A stretch of 61,436 nucleotides of DNA, filler included, from Sphacelaria rigidula (taxonomy: Eukaryota), in the NCBI GenBank assembly GCA_964200075.2. It is 7 parts of 7 records of this genome, joined end to end, with 100 filler letters (N's around TTAATTAATTAA, not from the genome) between each part and the next. Parts side by side here need not be neighbours in the genome. Positions count along the whole stretch, not along the records: positions 8,793 to 17,484 come from CAXNAA020010365.1; positions 17,585 to 26,276 come from CAXNAA020010366.1; 5 more parts are not named here. One strand, given 5' to 3'. Numbering within the stretch: the stretch's first letter is position 1; each line of letters starts with the position of its first letter. This document shows positions 11,966-22,303 of the stretch, in pieces. A program made the translations under genes and the position numbers. Under the pieces are notes generated by a model. The model saw only the letters and a list, made by a program, of their open reading frames with translations, had not been told where the DNA came from and ran no database searches.

Positions 11966-12846
11966 GCCTTTGAACTCGAGCATAGGTAATATGTTAAAAT
12001 AAGCATCAGTTTCACGCGAAAGAAGAGTGCATGATCAAATGACTCGACCTCACGGTCAAACAAAAGGGCTACCCTTAGACCACTATTATTTGGATAGCCA
12101 TCTGGATCACACCCTTTTCCCAAGTGAGATTGATGCCGATTCAGTAGGTGACTTACCCTCGCGATCAAGGGTTGTATCCTGAATTCGTTACTGTCGATGA
12201 TGTGATGACGTTCTCGCCGCTCGATATTCCCTGTGCTTCCAGTTTCCGTGCGGGTGGCGCAAAGGTAGGTATACAGTTACCCGTGCTTATGCTACGTCAA
12301 AGCACATGCAATGACGCTTTGATCTTATCAAATGTATCTATGAACTCGGGATTTCCATTATATTTCGCAGTAATTTAAAACTAAACATATCGAGAACCTC
12401 GAGTTTGAGATTCATTTTTTTTGCCGTGAAACCCTACCGCTGTGCGCCAGCCAAGAAATACGGTTCGATAAATTGCATCTTCGGGGGAGCTTTTCTCTTT
12501 TCGCCCATCAGCCAACACTGACGGTTCTCGTATCATCACTGAGTGGACAAACGGAACCCATCACAGAATAAAGCGCAGCCGCGCATACACTTTTACCTGC
12601 CCGACTATTGTCCCCTCCGAAAAATTCAAACCGCCCCTTTTGTTTTTGTGTAGGCATGTAGTGATACTACGGTGTGACACGCCCTTGTGATCAACTTAGG
12701 GGGTGCCACATCCGCACCGCCGGAGCCAAGAGATGCCCCACACTTTGAGTACTGCTCAACCCTTATAGTCAATCTTGATGGCACATGATCTTTCGGGTGA
12801 AATTGAGGCCGATTCAGCAGGTGACCTACCCTCGCGGTCCAAGGGG
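11966..12846. mobile_element. Degenerate copies of the piggyBac-like MITE (~11966-12070, ~12072-12171, ~12760-12846)
   Basis: Shared internal motif TGAAATTGATGCCGATTCA and ends resembling CCCTTAGACC...CTCGCGGTCYAAGGG. Confidence 0.55.
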
Positions 12847-13595
12847 CAAGTTTTGGTATCCTGGCGTCTCGAGCGATCTCCCCACAGGACATCACCCCAA
12901 CACGAGCACAACACTGCATGTACTATTCTGCAATGTAATCGACCTGCTTCTCACCGTTTGGAGCACCCGCTTAATGGGGAGAAACGCTCCCCTGATGCTG
13001 CTGCTCTCCACAGCAGCGCCTGTGCGTATCGACAATGAAGCCGCCGTGAATACGAGCGCTTTGTGTCGTCTCGAACGCATGACTTCGATGAATGACGAAC
13101 ACCCAAGACCCTCTGCTTGCTTCCAGTAATGTAGAAGGAGCACACTGGTTGGAGTATCAAATCAGCGAAACAGCTAGAGGAACGTAGGTTCCTCTCGTGG
13201 CGGGTGGCAAAATCTCGCACCTGAGCGCCTACGAGTAAAGTGTGAGAAACAGGAAGCAAGTAGTGTAGAGTGATCGAGGATGGCGGAGGCGTACGCTGAG
13301 AGAACAGCAGGTTTTGGATCTTTTCGAATATACTGAAATAATATCCAGCAGACATCCAGAATCCCACATTTATCAACAACAGGGAAACTTCTGTGGTTTC
13401 CAACATGTTCGATGAGAAAGGAATGGGAGAACCCAGAGCCCAGAGCGGGCTATTTATAAAAGCCTGACGCGCAGGAGTATGATCGATGGTCGAGTGACGC
13501 GCAGGAGCATGATCGATGGTCGAGTGAGCAGTGTCTTGACTTTCCTAGGGCATGCAGCATCGCGCATATACATCCACAAGACAGAACGAGTACGC

Positions 13596-13799
13596 TGTAA
13601 TGCGTGGGAGAACTACGTGCTTACGGGACTGCATCGGAGTTTCGACACCCATATGGTTAGGGCTAGGGTCAGTGTCGGGGTTAGGGTCAGGGGCGTGGTC
13701 CCTGTAGTGACTGGCCCGTTTGGTTTTTATAGCGTCGATCCTGGGGTGTTTTGACCTACGATGCAGTCCCCCAAGCACGCGGCTTTCCCATGCATTACA
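13596..13799. mobile_element. TGT...ACA telomeric-repeat MITE, degenerate copy 2
   Basis: TGTAATGCGTGGGAGAACTACGTGCTT...GGTTAGGGCTAGGGTCAG...GGGGTTAGGGTCAGGGG...AAGCACGCGGCTTTCCCATGCATTACA. Confidence 0.82.
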
Positions 13800-13807
13800 A
13801 TGAATAA

Positions 13808-14240
13808 CGGCGTTTTCGTGAGATTGAGAGTAGAGCGCTCATTGAGAGTGGCTTTGATCATTCGCTTGAATTTGGCCAATTTTACTCTGTGTGTGCTTTT
13901 ATTTGCCTCCATCGCTGGCGTATGCTTACAGCTACACGTCGATATCCTACTCGGGCATATTAAGGGCCTGAGTGGCAAAGCTACTACAGAAACCATATCG
14001 GGTGTCGTGGAGGAACATTTCGGAACTGATACGATTCATTCACTAATTGACCGCTTTTCACTTCCAGGCCGTGTCTGATCAAATTGTTCTTGTGTCGAAA
14101 ACGCGTGCGGTTGAGAAAGTGGATGCCGTGGACGTACCAGGTGAGAGCAAACGATTCCACCGTACCCTGTCGAGTCCAAGACAATTTGAGAAGGCACGGC
14201 CTCAATCGTATCCTCTGCTCTCAATCTCATGAAAACATTG
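13808..14240. mobile_element. Non-autonomous TIR element (CAGTGTTTTCGTGAGATTGAGAGTAGAG family) with a nested MITE
   Basis: Left end CGGCGTTTTCGTGAGATTGAGAGTAGAG, right end CTCTGCTCTCAATCTCATGAAAACATTG; internal homology to 18365-18656, 24791-25040 and 54603-55088. Confidence 0.8.
14067..14201. mobile_element. GGCC-ended MITE (PIF/Harbinger- or Zator-like) nested in the CAGTG-family element
   Basis: TIR GGCCGTGTCTGATCAAATTGT versus ACAATTTGAGAAGGCACGGCC; flanks CCA and TCA (3-bp TSD with one mismatch); absent from the other host copies. Confidence 0.65.
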
Positions 14241-14364
14241 TTGAATCCGCAGATTGTCCGACTCCACCAGAACATCTGATGGGTCGAATTGAATGATCTC
14301 GGTTCCGTACACGGCGAGTTTCAATCCTTTCACCGCCAGAGCGGGTCATCTGGGTCACGTAGCG

Positions 14365-14448
14365 CAGGTATCTCAACCTCGAGGTTCCCGGCGTATTTTT
14401 TTGTAAATTATCGTCAAATATACCAGGAACCTCGAGGTCGAGATTCTG
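14365..14448. mobile_element. Small (~85 bp) TIR element CAGGTATCTCAACCTCGAGGTTCC; second copy at 16846-16933
   Basis: TCTCAACCTCGAGGTTCC...GGAACCTCGAGGTCGAGA; an inverted homologous copy lies at 16846-16933. Confidence 0.65.
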
Positions 14449-14761
14449 TCTGCTGTCGTCCCATCTATTCTGGACGCCGGGCTACACCTTTTAGTATATG
14501 TGGTCGTACCAGCCGGGGTCACACAGGAGGAAGGTCAACGTAGGAGTTTTTTCTGTCTTGCTTTGTTTTAGTACTCCACCTTCCTTGTGCGGTGCTTGCC
14601 TTTTATGTTGATCACGAGGGGGGTTCAGCGGTCCCTTTTCCTCGTCAACCGTGAAATCGAATACTGTGTACCCACGGCATAAGTGCACTCCACTGTTGGG
14701 CATGAGAAAAAATCCCAGATCGCTCCGAGATTCGAACCCACGACGCAACCGTCACAAGGTA

Positions 14762-16673
14762 CAGGCTGGTTCACGGTGATCACCCAAAATTATGTCATCA
14801 GCACATGCCTTCCGCAACACGCACCCAATAGTCGCATATATGGTATCATACTGACCGCAATGAAGATACGAAGAGGGTGACATGGCCGGATTTTTGTTTA
14901 AGGCCGTAGCGGTGGCGCTATGGACGAAAATGTGTCTCAGACAATCAGCGCCCTTCAAGCTGTTCCGAGCTCGAAATTACGAGTACCANNNNNNNNNATC
15001 ACCCAATCTCTACATGCTTCAAATCGTAGTAACCGTCATCGACACGGGAATCTAACAAGAAAATTATATTTTTAAAACTGGTTACTACGGGGGTCGAATC
15101 ATACCCGAAACCGTGATGTTTCGGTAATGTCGGGTGTTGGCGTCGATTAATTTCCACTAATGATACGCACGAAAGACTCAGGGAGCGTCGTGACGGTATC
15201 CCCTATTATATCTGTTGTAGAAAAGCTCAGATCGCCCTCAAACTCGGCAGTTCCGTAGCTATTGATGCTCAAGAACGGGAAAAAAATGTATTCCTGACAA
15301 TATACCATGTTTTCTCCGTTCTCTACCGCCTTCCGGGGGTCCCAGCACGAAGACCCCCGGAAGACCGTACAGAATGCCTCAGAAAAAAATACTAAAATGA
15401 TGCGTCCCAAGAGAGTCCAAGGAATGAATACATGTACAAAGTTTGGGGGAGAAACTCGAAAACCTCATACAGTTTTTGTTGCCTTGATGTCAAATTCCAC
15501 CCCAAAGACGTTTCCATACTAAAACCAAGTAGTTAGGAAATGCACGTTTCAAGCCCACGTCCGCCACAAACGCGCAAACTTTTACGCTGTCATTAGGAAT
15601 TGGATCCTGAAACTTCGTAAAATTATGCTATGTATCATTACGCAACTTTCTATGGACGATGTTTTTGTACTTCTTGGGTTTTTCACCGTTTTTCGGAGGT
15701 CCGACGGGATCGAAGTCGTTTTGTCGAAGTAGTCTCCATTCTGGGACCCCAGAAAAACGGCACGACGATATTTTATTGTTTTTCCGCGAAGTATCTATCT
15801 CCGCATAATAACCCAAGGATGGGCTCCACAAATTTTGGTCACAAAACTTGATCAACTAACTGATGCTTGAACTGCCATGTTCACGCCAAAGAAGCCCCTA
15901 AAACGCCGTTTTGGTACTAAAATCAAGTAGTCTGCGGTTTCACCGCGGTACGGGAAACTTCATCGCACAAAGGCCAAAAACCTCACGCCATTTTAAGGAG
16001 TTAGACCCTGAAATTTGCACAACTGTGATTTGGGACATGACACAACTTCGGAGGAACGGCGCTTTTTCTTTTTTTGGTCACCGTTTTACGGGGGTCCGAT
16101 TGGGTCGAGGTTCCCCAACAAAACTGGGACCCCCCAAAAAACGGTGAAGAAAGAAAAAAGAAAAAAAAACGACCCATAGAACATTCGTGCAAAATTTCAG
16201 GGTCTGACTGTCATGAAGACAAGCCGCATTGAGTTTTGAATGCTCGAATCTTGGCTGACGGGTCTGATCGGAGGGTCAGATATAGTATGTACATCTATAA
16301 AAAGGGTAGGAGTAACAGCTCTCGTACACACCTCGGTACTGTTCTGAGCAACCAGGAGCTATCAACATCTGACTATTGTCCGATTGGTGAGCCACAAGCG
16401 TGGAAGAGCATTGAGCAGGAAGGAAAAGCATTCTATAAACAAGAGCCTTGAGTCAAGCAGACATCAACCTATTGTGCGTGAACCCCTCACGAGTTGTGCC
16501 ACAGACTTCGTGGAAGCATTCTATAAACAAGAGCCTTGAGTCAAGTAGACATCAGCCTAATGTGTGTGAACCGTTCCCGAGTCGTGCGGCGCGGACCTTG
16601 TGACATAACTCCTTAAAGCGGCGTGAGGTTTTGCCGATGAGTGTTTTTTGGGTGGTAAGCGTGAACCAGCCTG
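14762..16673. mobile_element. Non-autonomous Tc1/mariner-type DNA transposon (~1.9 kb, TA TSD)
   Basis: TA|CAGGCTGGTTCACGGTGATCACCCAAAA...TTTTGGGTGGTAAGCGTGAACCAGCCTG|TA; its right part is homologous to 50180-50800 in inverted orientation. Confidence 0.8.
16209..16605. mobile_element. Solo LTR (397 bp) with an internal ~89-bp tandem duplication
   Basis: TGTCATGAAG...CTTGTGACA termini; flanks TGAC and TAAC (4-bp TSD, one mismatch); TATA-like CTATAAAAAG near 16295; absent from the homologous host copy near 50245; duplication at 16426-16588. Confidence 0.7.
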
Positions 16674-17415
16674 TATCGAGGTTACCAACTGAGCCACCGC
16701 GGCGATCGACTTCGAGACTACCATTGTACTCTGCCTAAATCCTTCACGTATAAGTGTCGACCGATTCAACCCATGGCCGAATCTGCGGGGGCAAACAGCT
16801 TGTTGAACGTTATGAAGTCTCTCCGCCTCGAAGTTCACGTTTTTTCAGGTATCTCAAAATCGGGGTTCCTGATATATTTGACGGTCACTTACTGTGAAAA
16901 ATGCACCGGGAACTTTCGAGTGTGAGATACCTCGGATATGATAAAACGTGTGGTTGACACATACTTGTTTTTGTTGACCCCTAAGCCTATACTTCTGTAC
17001 TGCGTCCAGTCGCGGCCAACTTATGGACAGACGCGTGTGTGTGTCGCATGCGTAGCAGCCAGCACCGCGATGATATTCTCGTGGTACGGCGTGATTAACG
17101 GCGGCTTTCAAGCTGCAGCACTTGCGTGTCACTGTTGTGCTAGTCGTTTTCGGCGGTCGAGTTTTACAGGGTCAAGCTGGACATACTGGCAACTGTCGAA
17201 GCTGTCTGAACCCACACAAGTCCGTAGATAGCTCGTGCCGTTGTAGATTCAGCTACACCGCCCTGTCTGCAGATGAACATGTCACGTTTGCAGTCATCAG
17301 CACCGTTGGCGGTTTGGCGTTGCGGGGTGATCGAATGTGTCAGGTCATCCTCGATTTTCTCTGCGCACACAAGAAGGTGTCTGCGACCCAGATTGATCCC
17401 TTGATATATTACATA

Positions 17416-17484
17416 TTAACAACAAATTGTGCGAATTGAGGTTTAACTTTGAGATGAGGCTCAACCCTAAAACAGTGCTTTCCC
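17416..17484. repeat. Contig-terminal repeat end, reverse complement of 1-67
   Basis: TTAACAACAAATTGTGCGAATTGAGGTTTAACTTTGAGATGAGGCTCAACCCTAAAACAGTGCTTTC matches the reverse complement of 1-67 with a few mismatches. Confidence 0.8.
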
Positions 17485-17584
17485 NNNNNNNNNNNNNNNN
17501 NNNNNNNNNNNNNNNNNNNNNNNNNNNNTTAATTAATTAANNNNNNNNNNNNNNNNNNNNNNNNNNNNNNNNNNNNNNNNNNNN
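17485..17584. other. Artificial contig linker
   Basis: N44-TTAATTAATTAA-N44. Confidence 0.97.
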
Positions 17585-18364
17585 CACGACAGGGCGGTTT
17601 GTTTGTAAGACATCAGTGGCATATGTATCGCGGGCTGAGGGTTTGTCCCTCGTGATATACAGTGTTGACTTGATACTCGGAACAGTTGCGATACTTCATC
17701 GCTGCACTTGTCGAAACATTATTCGAGACTTGTCCTGTTACTGTTGTTAGCGGACTTTGCAGCCAAAAACGGATGAATGAACACGATCCTTGAGAATGTC
17801 TCGGTTTTCAACTAATGTCCTATCCAAGCATCTTCCTACGGAGATTAGGGAAGTATCACCAGTTAGCGCACCAGGATTCTCTAACGTCGCGACGAAGCGT
17901 TTTCGCATGAAACCCAGTGAAACATCAACAGGTTTGCCGGCAGGATTTTGCACCAATGTGCGAGGTAAGCGTTTTGTCCATTTATGATGCAGGCACGACC
18001 GGCCCCCCAAAGCCATGAAAAGCCTGCTCTCAAGCCTGCTCTCAATCGTATCGTACGTAGACTCTCAATCTCACCAAAACACTGTTTATTGCATTTGGTT
18101 TACGGGAAAATGTTGAAGTAATGCTACGATAAGGCAGCGGCGGTGGGGGGCGGGGGTAGTTTGGGCCACTGCATCCACGAAATTCCACCTCAAGTTGTCG
18201 TTGAAACCAGCAACGGTTGTTCGAAGGCACTTGTTACCGATAAAAAGCGCTCATTCATATTGCTTGACAGTGCTCTTACCCAAATACAAGCGCACCACAA
18301 GTGTGTTGAACGGTCTGACATACCCATGAGCCCTATTTTTTTCAACCCCTCCCGCTCCTATCAA

Positions 18365-18656
18365 CACTGTGTTCGTGAGATTGAGAGTAGAAGATACGAT
18401 TGAGAGTGAAAAGCCATCAATTGGTGAATGAATCGTTTCAGTTCCGAAATTCCCTTCCATGAGGTCCAATGTGCTTTATGTAGTAGCGTGCCACTGAGGT
18501 CCTTGATATCCCTGAGTAGGATATCGACGTGTAGTTGTAAGCACACGCCAGTGATGGAGGCAAAGACTTGCACACACGGAATGAAAAATTGGCTAAGTTC
18601 AAGACAATGATCAAGGCCACTCTTACCGTTCTACTCTCAATTTCACGAAAACGTTG
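18365..18656. mobile_element. CAGTG-family non-autonomous TIR element (~290 bp)
   Basis: CACTGTGTTCGTGAGATTGAGAGTAGAAG...TTCTACTCTCAATTTCACGAAAACGTTG; inverted homolog of 13808-14240. Confidence 0.8.
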
Positions 18657-20313
18657 TTCATCGTAGAATGACTCCTATATTCCAGGGTTTGAACATCAAG
18701 ATAGTGAATGGCTGTACAGCTTGTGACGGTACGATGCCCCCGGTTCAATCTACCGTTGAGGTTGGGCTCAGTAAACTACGGCGTATTAAGGTAGGCAACC
18801 GGCCATAGCATGCTGTTGTAGCGAACATAATAAGGAAAAGTAGTACCTCCAGTAGAATCCATTGTAAGGGCTGACAAACCTAGCTTATCAGCAGGAGGTT
18901 GCATCAAACGATACGGTATATTCTGACGTACGTGTTTTTGGGTTCTCCGAGAAAGACGGCAGCTTGATCCCATTGCCTTATTTTCCCCATTGCTAACACT
19001 TTTCCTATCCTCTCTCTGTTCTCTGCTTCGCGAAGAGACTGCGTCTTTCATTCTGTGGTGGTTGAATTGACGCCTGTGAACAACATCAACTCCTGTCTTT
19101 TTTTGCTGCACGACGCCCGTGAGTTTTACGACTGTTCTGTGCATCCTCTGCCAGTCCCCGTGAAGCCTTTCTACCCAGATAGCACCAAACCACGATTATT
19201 CTAATGGGTTACGAGCCTCCCGAGAGGCTCTACAATTAATAGTAACGGATGGCATCAATCTTCTGATGTACAAAACACAAGCCGAACCAACGGTTACCAC
19301 ATCTACCTGAAGCGGACACGATAATACCCCACTACGATAGGGTCTACCAACATTGACATAGACTGAACCAAACGTTCCCGCACGCCACATACATGAAACG
19401 CGGCCCAACGGTTGTACAATAAAACCAAGGTATACCGCACAATAAAAGCAAACTCGCTCGTCGGAAACGGCGTGACATGTCTACACACTCTAGCAACTGA
19501 ACACCCACAACAGATGCGCGGTGTTTTACAGAGCCGCCAACAACACAGACACACCATGTTGTTCCAAACACGTCCACGGAAATGACCCTTGAATACGGTC
19601 TCTTCCGACGAACTTCGTCGCTGCAAGGGTCATGTAAAGGTGGTGACATGCAAACGAACACAGGAGCACTCGCACTTCTACTTACACAGCGGTACCACTT
19701 ACCACCCTTGCACCTGTACAAGCCATTTGCACCTACTATTCTTGATCTTTACGACGACAGGAAACAATCAGGAACTCGACGAGCAGAGAGCTACTACCAA
19801 CACCAGCCACGTAGACAGAACCTACAAAGGAATTGTGCGTACGTTTCACACGTCCGGCAAGCGTGCACAGCAACCAATCAACAGTAGACACCTGTCAAGT
19901 TGCTGAAAGAGATGGGGCCAACCCCCCCTGAGCCAAAATGGACGACTATGGCTTCCTCTGTGACGCTGTCGCTATGGAGCACTGAAGTTAGTATGCCACA
20001 AATATGCATTGAATGAACGACGTGGTGTACGGAAGGGAGAAGACATACCCAATGATCATCATCTGATGCAACAAAATCTTCCAGCCACATGAGACGCCGA
20101 TAACCCATCTTACAGGTCTCGAGATACGTATGGTATGGTATGACTGCGTCATGGGCCTCATGACGTTCCATTTACACCTCCAATGAATGCCTCGAGATAT
20201 TCAAACAGAAACAAAATGAATCACGAGCCTCCACGAGATGCGACCAACACCCACGCCAGCATTTTCTAGATGAAGAGCAGACGGTCACCGTATGGAGTAC
20301 ACTGTGCAGATAT

Positions 20314-22271
20314 TCAGACGTAACCGCATTCTTCAGCAGATTCGGAAGGTAGTTCTAGCTGATCTTCGTAAAGGCCACCGAAGATGCTCCTGTCGGCGTC
20401 ACCATTGAAAACAAACAATTGTCGATGTGGCGGACGTAATCACGGGCGGCGATTGTGTCGTCGGATGTAGACAAAGTGATGAGGAGAAACATGTAGCGAG
20501 TTGGTCACGGTAAAGAGCGAGAGCACCCTCTTGCTGTTGTTCTTTTCACCATTCAAATAGAACACGCCACTCGGATTAGTGCTTCATGAACGCCCTCTGC
20601 ATGACAATCCTATCCCTCTCATACAGCTTGAGGGTTTGGGGCACATGTCGTAGAGCACTAAGGCATAAACTTGTTCCACGCTTGGTGTATCTACAGATTC
20701 GTTCCCAGATACCTTCACTTTGGGAGGACTTATTCGCAATGTCAAGACGCCACAAACTTTGATGAGGTTGTCAACGTTTAAACAAGCGCTGGAACCTAGG
20801 GCGCACGGAATTGGAAACACCCACGACAGTACCGTCTTGTGCGGTTTGAGTGAACGTTGACCAGCCACCCGCGGTATCAAGCGTTGCATTCTGAGCGTCA
20901 AGGTATCTATCTGGCCCCTTATGGTATCTTTCATACTCGTCATACTCGTAATGCGTAACTTACGGGGAGTTGTAGTTGCAGACAAGGATATCAGTTTCCT
21001 CGCCGTCGTCCGAGCAACTCGCGAATGCACAACCAAGCTCCGTGGAGTCCTTCCACAATACTTGGACGGCGTTTTGACCGTACCCAGTGACTGGTCCGTC
21101 ATCAACTTCGCTGTCATCTGTTTCAATTGAAATAGTAGAGCAAGACCACCGATCAGCTGGAAGTATGAGAAAATAGTGGTCGCAAAACCAAGCGCGGGAG
21201 AGAATAGTAGTGTGGTGCCTGTGCGTTCGGACAAACGTTTATTGCAGCAGATATAATTCCTTTGTAGTGGAGTATTGTTTACTTCAGTATCAGCGAATGT
21301 TCATGTACCGGGAGTAGAACAAACAGCACGGGAAACAAATGGAGTATCACGTCGTTACGACTCTGTCATTTACAATCATGAGGGATGAACACATGCGCCT
21401 TTCGCATGATCAGAGAAATGAGTGCTCTTTTGTCGCGTCCATGTTAAATCCTCCATGAATTTCTAGATCACGTGAGAATTCCTATAAGCCCCCCCGCTTC
21501 AATGATGACCATGCGTGAGTTGCACGAAAGATCTAATCACGTGTACTGCGGTACCGGTCGGGGTGGATTCGCGGAACCGAGCTGCCATACCGACAGCCTG
21601 CTATTGGTGTATTACGAATCATTTCAGGACATCATGTGCCGCTTCGGGAGGAAGTGATGCCGGTTTAATGCTTTTGCCACATTTAGATGTAACATCTTCA
21701 GCAGTGTACACATGACGGAGGCGAGCCTTGCAGTACCATGGCACCTCCACCTGTTGGGCGTCACCATGGGCTATGCACGTCACTGTGGAATATCTGCCTA
21801 AGATATCAGATCCACCTGGGATATGGACATCCATTCGGGATGTGAACCTCCGTCTGGAATGGCCATATGATATATCCATATCTCAGAGATGCCGCCGCGC
21901 CTCGGTGGTGTATCGGTCCGACTGTCACCGTAAGGGTGGAGAGGATGTAAGTTCGATTCCCGACATGTTGAGTTTCTTCTTCGACATATCTGACTTCCAC
22001 CGTCAAAAGCGTGAGTACGTGAGGAAACAAGAAGTGATTGACTGGGTTTGTTCGATGAAAGCTGACGCGGTGCGGCATTGAAGGGCTGACCCAATCCGCG
22101 AGACCCAAAATGTAAGGCTTGTACCGGGGAGAGATGGCTTAATCCTTTGATACCATGGACAAATCAATGGTAATGACAATAATGATAAAGTTGGATATCC
22201 CAGATGGATCTGATATCCAGGTAAATATCTTAGATAAACTTACATTTCGGATATCGACATCTCATTTGTTG

Positions 22272-22303
<32 letters not shown>

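Larger units (their letters stand above)
14449..16708 (-). mobile_element. tRNA-derived SINE split by a later insertion (body 14449-14761, 5' head 16676-16708)
   Basis: The rejoined minus strand reads ...GGTGGCTCAGTTGGTAACCTCGA-TA-CCTTGTGACGGTTGCGTCGTGGGTTCGAATCTCGG, giving Pol III A box TGGCTCAGTTGG and B box GGTTCGAATC. The body is homologous to 35168-35446 and 43984-44217. Confidence 0.8.

Noticed and set aside
14720-14760. tRNA gene (GGTTCGAATC T-arm); also GGTTCGAGCCC near 29466
   Set aside because: The first is a SINE head; the second lacks an A box and a cloverleaf.
1-17484. Inverted match between 1-67 and 17416-17482, suggesting TIRs of a 17.5-kb giant transposon
   Set aside because: The copies lie on different, artificially joined contigs and both sit at contig ends, which is typical of a multicopy repeat breaking the assembly.
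17747-20171. Exon-like minus-strand frames (17747-18016, 18776-19144, 19878-20171)
   Set aside because: They could not be joined into a phase-consistent model and no family was recognised; left unresolved.
20584-21234. 216-aa minus-strand ORF
   Set aside because: It overlaps the CAP exon 21117-20964 in the wrong frame and has no recognisable domain.
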